64,000 nucleotides of DNA from Nageia nagi (taxonomy: Eukaryota; Plantae; Pinophyta), in assembly GCA_050084985.1 (NCBI GenBank), contig JBITNC010000001.1, positions 108,934,001 to 108,998,000 of the forward strand. The letters are read 5' to 3'. The notes beneath the pieces were generated by a model that saw only the letters and a list, made by a program, of their open reading frames with translations, had not been told where the DNA came from and made no database searches. A program made the translations under genes and the position numbers. Position 1 is the stretch's first letter, and the number at the start of each line of letters is the position of its first letter. Below are positions 12,401-26,289 of the stretch, in pieces.

Positions 12401-13700
12401 TCATCATCCAAAGCTTCTTAAGGGAGCACATTCTACAATTTACAATGGATATTTTAGTAAGCATAAGACTTTGCACCACCTTCAATGTTTCTTCTTTTGG
12501 TCATACATGATTCGAGATGAATTATAATTTCTTCATCTATGTTCTATTTATTTCCATTCAAAATTAGCACAATGGAAGTTGAGACTCAGTTGCACACTTC
12601 CCATTCCTAGTCATCCTTGGGAAACAATTTCCATGGATTTAGTGATTGATTTTCTACATATAGTTTTTCATAATGACTACATCTTGATAGTATTGGATCA
12701 TTTCAGCAAAATGGTAAAGTTCATTCCTCGCCAAAAGAATTCTTTAGCTCATGATTTGGCATAATTGTTCTTTTATGTTGTATGGATATATTTTGGACTT
12801 CCTACCAACATCATCTTGAATTGTGATCCATGCTTTGTGGGATATTTTTAGTATCCCCTTTGGAAAATTTTGGGAGTCTCTCTCAATGTTTCCACTCCCT
12901 TTCACCCACAAATCGATGGATAGACTATGGTTGTTAATCATACCTTAGTAAAAATTTTGAGATCTACCATCATCATTCTCCTACCAAATGAGATTTGAGT
13001 CTCACTTATATTGAGCATGCCTATAATCAAGCATTGCATTCTTCCACAATTCACACACCATTTGAGGTTTACCTTGGATTTCATCCTTTGGTACCATAAG
13101 AGTTACCCTTGTCACTTCCTTCTCTAGCTACTACTCATCTTTAGAAGGAACAAGATAAATTCTATGCATTCATTCATCATCTCTAGAATCTTTAATCCAT
13201 AGTGGTTGGGATTCTTCATTATACATAGGAGAAACATAAAATTCAAATGGATAAGCATAGTGTTCCTCATTATTTCTAAGTTGGTGATAGAGTTTTTCTT
13301 CACCTTGATAAATATCACTTCAAAGATATGGTATTTAGTAGGATAAAACCTATTCAGTAAGGACCATATACTATCATTTAGTAGGTATCCAAGAATATTT
13401 TTTACCTTAATCTACCAACATAGTATGGTATACATGATATCATCAATGTCAATATTTTCAAGTACTATCATAAGTCAAAATTAGATATAGAGGTTCATAC
13501 CATTCATTTCGTACATGTGATTCCTAATTCTTAATTTTTGATCTATATAGATCATATTTTTAATATAAAAATATGCTAAACTTGTCAAAGATCTACTACT
13601 TGCTACCTTGTGGCAAAACAAGATCATCTTCCCCATCAAGCTCAATGGATTTTACATCACTACATGCTTCAAGATTTTTCTTCTCTTTTGAACGCATTGG
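9500..13700 (+). pseudogene. gag-pol relic of element G
   Basis: Zinc knuckle CCYCKKEGHDILEC (ORF 9859..10434); RT FSKLDLKSGYHQI and decayed YLDD (MNLDNILVYS); integrase PWETISMDLV/LDHFSKMVKF; chromodomain-like YLVAKQDHLPHQAQW at ~13600-13650. Confidence 0.9.
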
Positions 13701-13728
13701 AATCTAATGCTTATATTGTTAGAAGGAA

Positions 13729-13936
13729 AAATAGGGATTAACATTAACATTAGGAATATTTGACAAGTATCATAAATTAGTTAGTATCTAGAGATAATTT
13801 AGCATTATGTTAGTTTGTTAGTTAGTTTCCTCTTTTTTGAGATTAATTAGTTAATCTTATATTTTAGGTATTCAATATTCCTATATATTGTTATACATTT
13901 TTAAGTAATAGCATTCAACTTTTGATCCCCTTATCA
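13729..13936 (+). repeat. 3' LTR of element G (purine tract AGAAGGAA just upstream)
   Basis: Homologous to 7698-7908; followed by TSD ATCCA. Confidence 0.85.
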
Positions 13937-13999
13937 ATCCAAATTTTTTTATATTAGTACAAATATTAAATCAAGATTTGTAAAAATCATCATTATATA

Positions 14000-16103
14000 T
14001 TCTTGTCATTCAAAATATCGTAAGGTTCTTGGATGAATTTAATCTTCAAAATATTATGAATGTGATAGAAATAGCAAGATCTCATGATATGAATTCTTTG
14101 TTCAAGTATTTGGATAATGGCTTCAAGAGGGTTAGTGCTAGCACCATGCAAGTGTTGGTATTGAGGCACAAAAAATATAATATTGTAGAAAATATGATTA
14201 GGATCATGGTTACTAATTTACTTGCAAATTACAATTATGAAGAAAAGGGTAATACATTCAGTGATACAATTTGAAATACCTTACTTACTTCGAAAAAAGA
14301 ACTAGAAATTAAGAAATTCAATGGTGAAGGAGATACCAATATCCATCTTCAAGGGTTTTATTATTTGATGGATCTCAAATGTGGCATGAATAGCAATTTG
14401 AAGGCTAAGTATATCTCACTTAGTCTTACTAAAAGTTAAAAAATGGTTTTATAATTTGGAACCAAGATTAGTCACATTTTATAATTAATTAAGAATGTTA
14501 TTTAAGACACATTTTAGGTGTAATGTATAGAAAGATACAACATTGATAGATCTAATGAACTATAAAAAAGGATCTTATAAAAGATTAGAAAAGTTTGTGC
14601 CAAGATATCGAAAAATATGGAGGTAACTAGATGGTTCCATAACTAAAAATATATTGCTTAAATCTTCTTACAAAGCATCAACCCTACCTTGAAGTGTCCT
14701 ACAATTGATTACATGAATCATCCATTCACTAAGATTACACACAAACTTATCCAAAATGAAAAATATTTGGTGGAATAAGGGAAACTCAAATACACGTCAA
14801 CCAATAAAGAATTCCCCAAGAAGACATATCCAAAGAAGTATGATGTCAAAGTTAATATTGCAAAAATTAGTACCACACCTCCTCTTATACAAAAAGGTTA
14901 GAAAAATTTATTCAACTTCCTACATACCCTAGAAAAATATTTTATGATTGCATATAAAAGGCTAAATTAAGAAAATCCAAGATAAGAAATTCAAATATGA
15001 GGAAGAAAAACCAAAATTGTATAGACATGGTTCATATTATGGCTATCATAAAGTCATGGGTCATCATAGCAATACTTGTATAGACCTCAAAAAAAACTTG
15101 AAAGAGCTCCTTGACAAGAATGTTTTTTAGTGTAGAAATGGAGAAATGATAAAATAGTCACAAATCAAGACATCCATCAAACAATGAACATGGTAAATAT
15201 GGTGATCCATGGAGAAGAATAAATCAAATATTATCCATAATCTGAAGAAGAGTCCAATTTTGTTGCAAGAATAAAATCTAAATGTATTCCTCACTTGGTT
15301 GTTATTCCATAATCAAGTAAGATTTGTCTAACTCCTTGTAGTGATTAGTTCAAATATGATTATGCTAGTTAATTAAAAAATGCTCCTACCAATATTAGTA
15401 TGTATGAGTTACTTATGACTTATGGTAACATTAAAAAGAATTAAGTTAATATAATAGATGGAGAATTAATTGATGCTAATACTTCTATAAGTACTTTTAT
15501 AGAAATGTTTGATTCTCTTAAATATGTTAATATGGTCCAATTTGATGATGAAGAGTGACCTAGACAAGAAATCATCAACTCGAGTGTAAACACTTCATAT
15601 CAAGGTCAAGATAAATGGTAAAATCACCAAGGAAGCATTAGTGGGAATGAGATCTAGTACCAAAATTTTTTCTCTCTAATTTATAAAATATTTAAATGAG
15701 AAAATCATCAAGAAAATTGGATAATAAGAAATTGGAATCAAGGGCTTTGGCAATATTAAGAAATAGTGCATAGGATACATTCATCTTCCAATTAATGTAG
15801 GATCTAAGATAGTTGAAAGTAAATTCTATGTAATAAATAACAAATCACCTTTATAATATTTTCTTTGGAGAGCATGAATCCATGCTACAAGTGTAGTTTA
15901 TTCTACTCTTCATCGATGTTTGAAGTTTATGCATGAAGGACAAAATCACATAGTATATGTAGAAGATGATCCTAAAAGCATGATTGAAAGAGTATAAGCT
16001 ACCTTTATTTAACATAATAAAATACATAAGAAGGCTAAATAAATTGATAAAATACATGAATATGAAATTGAAGAAATAAATATGGGATCATACAAGTTCA
16101 AAG
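14000..16103 (+). pseudogene. Tat/Ogre-type Ty3/Gypsy gag-protease relic (element F), truncated by the LTR at 16104
   Basis: KKFNGEGDTNIHLQGF (~14310-14360); decayed knuckle YHKVMGHHSNTCIDLK (~15045-15090); protease-like LHIKVKINGKITKEALV (~15595-15645). Confidence 0.7.
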
Positions 16104-16918
16104 TGTTGATGAGTTTTTTAGCTACTCCTATGATTTTAACCTAAGCGAAACTAATAAATACATAACATTTAAGTATATATTATATAAGTTATTTAAATCA
16201 AATAAATATACATTATAATAGGAATAACAAAAATGAAATATAATAATGCAATAATAGAATTAGGATTTTATTGAATTAAGATAAAAATGAAAGCACACAC
16301 TAAAGAGATGAAATAAAGTGTAATATAAATACCTATGTATCCTTACATATGACAAAGTTAATTATATGCAGACTATGCTTTTCAAGGATACATAACCTTA
16401 ATGCATGAATCCCATAAATAATAGTAGCAAGGAGATCAATACAGATACATATGGAAGCATAGATGCTAGCTCATAGAATAGCAACATAGGTACATAGGTT
16501 AGCATAGATGCTAGGGTTTCAACCAAGTGAGATTCACCACCAAGGATTCGATGATAAAAAAATATCAACAAATCAATATAAACATATAATTAGGAATGAT
16601 GGATGATAGATATGCTTGAATGGTAACAAGATTTCAATATCAATATGTGGTGTTTAGAAATACCCAAGAGTATGGTACCAACTATCAAGATATAATCTTG
16701 AATGATTTCCTAGAATAGAAATACTTACCTTTATATATGCATGAGATTCTACTAATGGCCCTTGTAAGAAGGATAGTATCAACACTAGTGTATCTAGCAT
16801 AAAAATAAGAATACCACCTAAGGTATGTCTGATAATAAGATTATAATATGATAAAAGAAGATTATAATATTACACCTAAGTGGGACCACCTTAAGGGGGC
16901 TAGATTTAGGTGTCAATA
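16104..16918 (-). repeat. 3' LTR of minus-strand Tat/Ogre element A
   Basis: TGTTGA...TGTCAATA termini; adjacent PPT (reverse complement AAAAAGGGGGAATC, 16919-16932); homologous to 45044-46768. Confidence 0.75.
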
Positions 16919-17499
16919 GATTCCCCCTTTTTAAGTATGAAAAAATGAACTTTTGAAATGAAATTATGATTGAAAAGGATGTAAAATATAGAGAGAAGAA
17001 AATTTTGATACTTCCCTATTTTAGATGTATAACTATTCAATGATCAAGGAATGATGATGTATATTACCCCATATTTTCCTTGGTTGTGAGATGGAATGGC
17101 TTATGCAAAGTAGAATCAACCAAGAGTAAAGGATAAAATGAAAAAGGAGAGAATAAAATACCAAAATCCAAGCACATATGTGACGGTAAATTCATTAAAC
17201 ATATATCAATGATGCCAAGAGTAAATCAGCATAGATGTATGATATTATCTTGATGATAATTAATTCCCTATTCATGGAAAAAAATCATCATAGTATAATC
17301 AAGAATCCCATTCATGTAATCATACATAACATTTCATCACAAATGATATAGCAAGTAAGAGCAAGGATGAAATCAATATAATATGCATACATCATTATAA
17401 AAATACCAAATATTCTATTCATAGATACATATCATCATAGAAATACCCAATGGTTAATTCAAAGATACATATACATAAGATCATAACAAGCTATGCCAA

Positions 17500-18155
17500 C
17501 ATTTTGATGAGGTACATACCCCATTCCTATATGCAACATACAAAATCATAATGAAATATGTCAACATCATCATAAGGTACATGCCCCATTCCTAGATGAA
17601 AATATAAAGATCAATTATGAAAAATATGATTAATAGTCCATTAGAGTTATGATTAGTTTAGTCCCAATCAACAAATTAACTTAAAGAATGATTTTATTAG
17701 TCCCAACTAAAGAGATCATTAAGATACCATCAACATGATGATTACTTACTCCTAATCACCAAATTAATCCAAATAATGGTTGGTTTAGTCCCAACCAAAA
17801 TAATGATCAAGAGACCATAAACATGATGATTGGTGTAGTCTCAACCATAAAATTCAACCAAAGAATGGTTGGTTTAGTCCCAACTAAATAGATGATCAAG
17901 GGATCATTAGAATAATGATTAATTTGGTCTCAATCACCAATTTGATCTAAAGAGTGGTTAGTTTAGTCTTAACTAAAGATTCATAACTCAAGTGATAGTC
18001 ACATCATCATGTAAGCCTTCATGCCCCATTCTTAGATGTATCAAAAAATAATAAACATAAAATAAATGATGGTTATTTAACATCCATCCAGCAAGGACAT
18101 GGTCATAAAATAGTGATGGTTATTTAACTTCCACCCAATAAGGACATGGTCACAA
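17500..18155. repeat. Tandem repeat arrays in the 3' UTR of element A (~90-bp unit x4 with ~44-bp sub-repeat; ~48-bp unit x2; CATGCCCCATTC x3)
   Basis: Recurrent ttagtcccaactaaa / tagtcccaatca at 17650-17975; gatggttatttaac..aaggacatggtca twice at 18068-18152. Confidence 0.8.
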
Positions 18156-18719
18156 GATAATAATTAAAGAAATATAATAATAAAGCATTCAATACTCCTC
18201 ATACATACAAAGGTAATAAAGTTTTCATAAAATTATACTTAAGCTTACCTGTGGTAACTATGTTTGGTCCAAAAATGCTAGCATGGGTGCGAATATGAGC
18301 ATGGTCATTAACATCAGCATGGGTGTTGTTATTTATGATTAATCTGATCCTATAATTTAGTTGAGACTAGGATTTCCTAAATGTCAATTGGAAAATATAT
18401 ATATTTGATTTTTGAATCAACTTTCTTATTTATTAAGGCATCAAGTGTATGAGTTATCCAAAACCATTAGATTGGCTTATATAACTAACTACATCTGATT
18501 TCTTTTAACAATTGAACTGATAGAAGCATATGAGATCCTTCTCACCTTTGATTTTTTTTATTGATGAAATGTACCAAAACTACTAGTTTTGATGTTGAGT
18601 TACATACTAATTTTTACATAGAAAACAAGCATAGGAGCTAGCATAACAAAATGGAAATGAAGCTAGGAGACTGATACCATACTCCTACATTAATGAATAA
18701 CTAAACTAGGCCCTTTAAA

Positions 18720-19264
18720 ACATGAATAAAAGGCTTCTCTTATACATAAAATAGTTTAAGGTATTTGGCATTGGTTGAAAATGTTTCCACTTTTCCCCAA
18801 ACAATGACTAATTTTTATGCTTCATTAGAGTACTTTGTTTTGATGATGTATGGACCAATCCAATTTGTCTAAAATTTGCATTTGTATTTCTTTTTAGCCT
18901 ATGATTTATAATGTTTTTATTTAATAACTAAATTACCAAATTAGAATTACCTTGGTCTGATTTTCTTTCCATATGCTTTCTTAGTCCTTCTTTGATAAGC
19001 TTTGAGGTGTTCTAATGCATGGATCCTTTTCTCATCCAATCCTTCTATTTATCTCAATCTTACTTTTTGTTGTTCTTACCAATCAATTATGCCTTTTAAA
19101 GACACCCTTAGTGATGGTATTTCTACTTCTAGTGAAATAACTACCTCATCTCCATAGACTAATGAATATGGTGTACATCCTATTATTGATATGATGCTAG
19201 TCTTATATACCCAAAGTGCATATACAAGCTATGAATGTTATTCCCTTTGAGTTTGATTGATAGT
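18720..19264 (-). pseudogene. Integrase C-terminal part of element A
   Basis: LVYALWVYKTSIISIIGCTPYSLVYGDEVVISLEVEIPSLRV, plus a decayed NW.GPY motif. Confidence 0.85.
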
Positions 19265-19766
19265 TGATGTGAATTCAGTTGTAAGAGACCAACAAAATGG
19301 ACTCCAATCATATAAATGTATTATAATGGAAGAAACCTACAAAAAATTCTCTTCTCATTCCTAAATTCATAATACTTCTCAAAGAGAATACAATCCTTCA
19401 TGTAGTATCTTTCTAAAAATAGAAACCTGCTAAAAATACAAATGAGTTGGATTGCATGCCCAAAAGTGGCATGCATATCCCCCTTACAATCATTATCCTT
19501 AATCTAAAATATCTAGACTTAATTGACTATAAAATAAAAGATATTAAAGTTTTAATATACAAAAAAGCCTAAAAATATGGAGAATTGAAATTAAACGCTA
19601 ACTTTGGGATACTAGATGGTAGAATTAGGTATTAAAAACATGATTTTTAGAGGATTTAGCATAATAAGGTTAAACTATATGTGGAACATGCACATGGAGC
19701 CACATTTTAAATTTCAAGGCAAATGATCATCATGGTCAAAAGTTATGGCTCTAGCAAGGTGCATCA
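19265..19766 (-). repeat. 3' LTR of element B
   Basis: TGATGTGAATTC...GGTGCATCA; homologous to the split copy at 31473. Confidence 0.9.
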
Positions 19767-19799
19767 TTCTCCTCTAGTGAAAAAGAACTCAGCTCTTAC

Positions 19800-21261
19800 A
19801 AGTTTAGCTAACTTGAGTTCTTAAAGTTTTTGGTTATCAATTTTTTGTAGCTTCAAATCTAAAATGCAAGTATTATCTAATTATCATAATCCTTCCCATT
19901 TAATTAGGGATTTGTTGTAGCTCCCATGTTTGGTGATGATGACCTTCTTATCAAGCACTTATGCAATGTTGTACTTTTTTTCTTAGGCATCTGTTGTGCC
20001 CAATTTACTATCTCTTGTAATTCACCATCCTCATTAGTATGAAAATACTAAATTAAATTAGGAACATTAAAAATAAGGGAAATATCAAAATCATTAGAAA
20101 ACTCCACTTTATAAGCATTATTATCGATCTTATTCAAAATCCTATTTGGACCAATTTTCTTAAGTTTTAGTTTATTATACATCCATTTAGGAAACCTTTA
20201 TTTTTGAAGATGAACCATGACCATATCACCCTATTCAAACACTTTCACCCTTCTTTGTGCACCAGTAACTACTTTATAGTGAGCATTACTACTATGTAAT
20301 TTATCTTTCACTTATTCTTGCACTCTTTGGATATACTTAGCAAATGCTTCTGCATCATTACTAACTTGTTCCCTAATTGGTAACTCAACCAAATCTAATA
20401 CACCTCTATGATGCTAACCATAAATAATTTGAAAAGGATATTTACTTGTTGACCTATTTAATGAGATTTCATATGCAAATTCATCTTGTGATAAAGCTAA
20501 ATCCCATTGTTTGGGCTTTTTTCCCAACTATGCATCGTAAGATGTTTCCCAAGCTTATGTTCATTATCTCTATTTTCCCATCAGTATATGGGTTGTAAGC
20601 ACTACTAAAATGTAGCTTGGTATTTAGCTTCTTCCATAATGTACTCCAAAAGTGACCTAAGAACTTAGTATCTTGATTACAAGCAATAGTCTTTGGGACA
20701 CCATGCAACCACATAACCTCATCAAAGACTGCAATCTTAGTGCCATCATTAGTTTTATGGAAAGTAATAAAATGCACCATTTTAGAAAATCTATCTACCA
20801 TAATAAAAATTCAATCCTTACCCTATTGTGTCTTGGGCAACCCCAACACAAAATCCATACTTAGATCGATCCATGGTCATGTAGGAATAGGTAGTGGCAT
20901 ATACAACCCTATATTTTGTACATGACCTTTAGCCATTTTGCATACTCTACATATAGAGACAAACATGATTATATCTCTTCTCATCTTTGGCTAGTAATAC
21001 TTCTCCTCCATAAGAGTTGTAGTTTTGGCTACTCCAAAATGACCAACTAGACCTCCACTATGTAATTCCCTCAAGATGTTTTCTCTCATAGAGCCATTGG
21101 GAATACATAATTGATTACCCTTAAATAAGTAATCATTATAAAAAAACTATTATTGAAAAATTAGACAAGACTCATTTTCTACTACACTTGTATAGTGTCT
21201 CACAATATTCTCCAAATTAGCATTAGATTCATACATATTTTTAATCCCCTCAAATCCTACC
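19800..21261 (-). pseudogene. Integrase + chromodomain relic of element B
   Basis: ORF 20481..20801 MVDRFSKMVHF..LHGVPKTI..HFWSTLWKKL..SSAYNPYTDG; HxxGLVGHFG zinc-binding region near 21040; LIKWEG near 19900. Confidence 0.9.
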
Positions 21262-22929
21262 TGTAGACACCCAAAAATGACTCTTATTTCGATAAATGAA
21301 ATAAGAACAAGAAATTAATAGTAAATTAAAAAATTTACTATAATCTTCCTAATGCCAATGTACAACTTTTGAACATTAATGACTCATACTAATCTCTAGC
21401 ATCTAACATTTGGATGTTAGCAACTCTAAAGTTAACACCATCAAAATAAAAAATGGTAACATTAGAGGCATATTGGGAAAAAGGAAAAGGATGATGGATG
21501 AGTCACCATTTATCCTATACATCCCTACCATAGATAATAACCATGATAAGTCTAGATAGGATTTTATATCTTACTTTTTTATCTCCAAAAGTGGAAACTT
21601 TTCTTATTTACAAAAACTATAAATAAAAGCCTTCAGTTATGAAGTAGGGTATAAATTCAAATGTAATATTACTCTATTGAAATGCATACAAATGTTTTCT
21701 TAAGTTAGGTACATTATCATTTCATTTTCCATATGCTTGTTCATGCATTTTATATAGCTTTTATGGTGTGGATAGGTATGTTTAACAATTTTGTTATTTG
21801 CATATGTGCAAGAATAATAGGTATGGAGAAGTTAAATTTGAAGAGCTGAAGAATAAAAAGAAATCCATATTTATTGTAGGTTTTTGAAGACAAATCCTTT
21901 TAGCTTTTAGAAAACAAAATTAGGCCAATGAAGGCCTTTATCATTCATATGTAAAAAGGCCTTTGTACAAGGTAATGGATCAAAATGGATTCATTATTTG
22001 TAATCATTTTGAGTTTAATACCAAAGAGCAATAAAGAACTTTTTTGGTTATAATATATCTTGTTTTGCATGCTTGCAAAGTTACTTTTTTTGGGAAAACA
22101 TTTAGGTGCTAGAATGAGGGCTCCTTGCATGCAAGCTACATAAAAAACAAGGAGTAGAGGGTGTTTTTTGTATTTTAGTATTCATTTTAATATCTTGTGT
22201 CTTGTGGTATTATTACTGATTTCATGTTATTTACTATTTCTTTTATTTCTTATCTATATTATGGAAATGTCAACAACCTAGAATCATATGCCAATGAATT
22301 AAGAAAAACACTAGCAAATTTGACTAAACATCTACATTTTGGAAGTATTCAATTTGTACAAAAACTATGAAATGCTAGTGACTCACACTAAACACCAATG
22401 ATTTGGAATTAATGCCAATGATAAAAAATAGAGGTTATACATTTCAACTTTCCTCGATTCTAAAAGTGTAACTTAGGTACTAAAATGGAAAATGAAAATA
22501 AACCCCTTTTCTATGATGTTTTTCTCAGATTACACATAGGAAGGGTAGATGAATGTTTAGGTAAAATGCATCATTTTACTTTATATTAGTGAATTGCATG
22601 AATTTCATTTGTTTCATTTTATATCTGGGTAGGAAGCATATTAATAAATTCACCTAAAAATTTCCATTAAACCTACTTATACTCTCCATTTATGCTAAAA
22701 GGTGATCTTAGGTGACCACAATGGGTGCAATAGGAAAGAGTAAATGAACCTTTTTTCTTTTTTTTCACTTTGTCTCACTAATATTGGTAATGAACTCTCA
22801 TTAAATTACTTCCATAGTCGAAAGGAGTAATTAACTTTCATTAAACATGAAATAAATAAAAGGTTAATTTATTGGGTTTAAGGTATATTAGAACATATTA
22901 AATTGGTTAATTGATTGGGTGGGTATTTA

Positions 22930-23250
22930 CCTTCACATTAATACTCTTTCTTGTCTACCTTACCACTTTGAAAGGAGGTTGAAGGATTGTGACTTTAAGA
23001 GGAGTTAAGGAATCTCATATATAGAAAATTTACTTCACATTAATATTATTTCATATCAACCTTACCACTCTAAAAGGATGTCAAAGGATTGTGACTAGAA
23101 GAGGAAATAAAGAATTTCATTTAAGGTAATCTACACTCACTTAATGGCTTCCTACATGTCTAACTTTACCTCTTTGAAAGGAGATCAAAGGTAGATGTGA
23201 CTAGTAGGAAGAGGTAACAAAATCCACATAAACACTTCTACACTTGAAAG
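22930..23250. repeat. ~102-bp tandem repeat, 3 copies
   Basis: ttcacattaat..ccttaccactttgaaagga..ggattgtgact..gagga recurs near 22932, 23034 and 23136. Confidence 0.8.
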
Positions 23251-26200
23251 GAGTAAATGAATTCCATTAAGCTTTGGTTAAAGAATCACACTAAAAGGTT
23301 AATGAATCTCATGGGTTAGATCAAGATTCATTAATTAAAATATTACTTTTTTCACATCAAACAAAATATAATCAAAGGACATGTATGTTGGGTTGGGTGG
23401 TAGTTGTATATCATGCATTCTTTTGTTTGTTAAATTCATATTCATGAGACATTTTAAAATAAACATAAATTATTTAGAGGTGATTACCAACCATTTATTT
23501 TTATACTTCTTATGTACACACCAACTACACCTTAAGCCATAGAGCCAAAACCTAGAGATGAATATCGAGTTCGTAGGTTAGAAGTCATCACTTCCTACTA
23601 GGAAACTATAAGGAAGGGGGATATGCTTATATTCCACTATCAAGATAGTATTTAGCTGAATTACTTGCATGCCATTGCACTAAGGGGACCATGTTCGGCA
23701 CCAAGATGATACTTAGCCATAGATTACGTATAGGATTACCAACCTACCTTATTTAAACACTTAACTAGACAAAACCACTTAGAAAAACTAATAAGATTAA
23801 AAGATACAATTCATATCAATCATATTAAATATATTAAATTAAAATATATAAAAATTTATAAAATATAATCATTCCAAAAAAGGTAAGTACATATATAGGA
23901 TTGTTTATGCATATTATTGCTTTCTCATATATATAAATCCAAATAATAAACTAGAAGAGTTATGTTCAATGTTTATTTTAATTTACTTATAGTGTGATAG
24001 AAAAAATAAAAAGTGAAAAATAAAAGAAAATTTTTAACATTCATTCTCAAATGTCTTATCAAAAGTAAGAAATCAATAATGAAAACTATTTAGAAGAACA
24101 GAGAAGTCATCAGTCTAGTAGATACACCTCCAAAAGAGAAACTCCTTGAGAAATAAACACAACCTATTTACATCATATTGATGATGAATTAGATATATTT
24201 AGAAAAAATTTAACACAACTAAGGATCACACATTCTCCCATGCTCATATTCTTCCTTTAAATCTATATTATTTAGTAGAAGACATGCAATTAGTTGAAGG
24301 CATAGAAGAAGTTGTACTAAGAAATATACCACCTTTGCAAACTCATTTTGTTGATACTATACTTAAAAGAGGCCCTTTTAGGCCTAATTATGATCATCAC
24401 ATGATATCTTATTTATGAAAATTTAGTTCAATCATACTTAAGAAGAGATGATTATACTCCTTCCACTATTTCTAGGAAAATTGAGGAATTTGATGATCGA
24501 ATCTCCATACATAAAACTACTCCTATACCAGAATCTATAAACTATGCTAAAGTTTACAATAATCCTTGTTACATTTTAAAATAAAATATTCCTACTCCTT
24601 TTTCAAGTCATAGAACCCCTATATAAAGACATGAAGTGAAAAAGAAACTTGATCTAACATGGATTAAATTACAAAGAATACCTCTATGTTTGTGTTATAC
24701 CATTGTGCTCACTTTGTTTATTTTGTCTATCATTGTGAAACTATTAAATGTGCAACATGATGATTATAGTAACATACCAAGATAAGTATACCCTATAAAT
24801 CCATTCATAGATTAATCATAAATATAGTTATACATATAAATAAAGGAGTAGTTTATATGTATAATATTCATATTCTATTTTGTCAAAATATATTTTGGTA
24901 AGATTTTTGAAACTTTGGATGATAAAAAAGCATGACTTTATACACTATTAAAATGTTGGGAATTCATACACTTTTACACACTATAATTCTTGAAACATTA
25001 AAAAGTTTGATGTTGTTAGATCATAATTTTAAGTAAATTTTTTTCCTAATATTTCACTTCATCTCAAACCCAAGAGATAGGGAAAAAAAGGAAAAAGATA
25101 AAACAATCAAAAAAAAGGAAGAAGAGAAAAAGAAATAAAGGTATAATTCGTAGGTGATTACAATATCATCTATCGGAGAGATAGATGCTTAATTGGTCAT
25201 AAAGAAAGGTTGTAATGGTATTTAGGGGTTAATCTTCATCAAGGCTATGAACGTTCATCTAGCATTGAGGTATACCTTATGAAGAGGTGACATATCCACC
25301 CTTTGCGATGGACCTCTAGATGTTTCACATGGAAAAATAAGATTATATATCCTATTCTCTTAGAACATTAAATCAACAAATTCTTAAGAGAATGAAATCA
25401 ATATCACTGCACACACATGAGATCATAATAACCTTAAGAGTGTATCATAATTTTTTTTTATATCATCCTTGGTAAAAAAAATTGAAATGAAATATTATTT
25501 GATGAAGTTAGTATGAATATTTTACTCATTATACTTTTTTATTATATTATACATTCACTTAATTTCATAATATTTATATCCTATTATTATAATCTTATTA
25601 GCTTAACTAAGTCATCATGTTTAAACATATAAATAGTTGTACCACACATTCATACATACATGTATGCTCATATGTATTCATACATAGTATTATACATTCA
25701 TATAATTATTCATGTGCATTAATACCCTTCATACCATTTTGCATACATACATCATCTAATATGTATAAAGTAGCCAAGAAAAATGGAAAATGGTGATATC
25801 TAATTATGTACTCCTATAATCAAAATCCTATCCTATAATATAGCAATCTTATATGAACATAACAACTAATATTATCCATTATACAAAATAATAAGTGTCA
25901 CAATATTTGATTTATAAGAATAGGCATCAAATGCTAAGTTAAACATCTCATTAGAATATGAAATCAAATATCTATACATCTTACATGTCAAAATCCTAAT
26001 ACATGCATCTAGAAACATAAGTAATAACCATACATCATAAACATGATATCAAAAACATGTAAAGAAGCATCATCATCATGAATATATATATATCGTATAC
26101 TGATCCACAACATCTATCAAATAAAAGCATCAATCATGACCACCATGATCACAAAAATGAATAAGGTCATCAATGAATACAAGCATAAACTAACATATCC

Positions 26201-26289
26201 ATAAGGCTAGATCATGTCCCCATGATCTATAAAATAATAAAAACTATCTATGATAATCATCATAATAATATATAATAAAATGAGTCACT

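Larger units (their letters stand above)
7698..13936 (+). mobile_element. Full-length degenerate Ty3/Gypsy chromovirus with short LTRs (Reina/Galadriel-like; element G)
   Basis: LTRs 7698-7908 and ~13729-13936 both end CCCCTTATCA; perfect TSD ATCCA (7693-7697, 13937-13941); tRNA-Met PBS; gag-PR-RT-RH-INT-chromodomain relics in order. Lineage is tentative. Confidence 0.9.

Noticed and set aside
17500-18155. CRISPR-like repeat/spacer appearance
   Set aside because: The spacers are themselves homologous, the repeats are degenerate, there are no cas genes, and the context is a eukaryotic retrotransposon.
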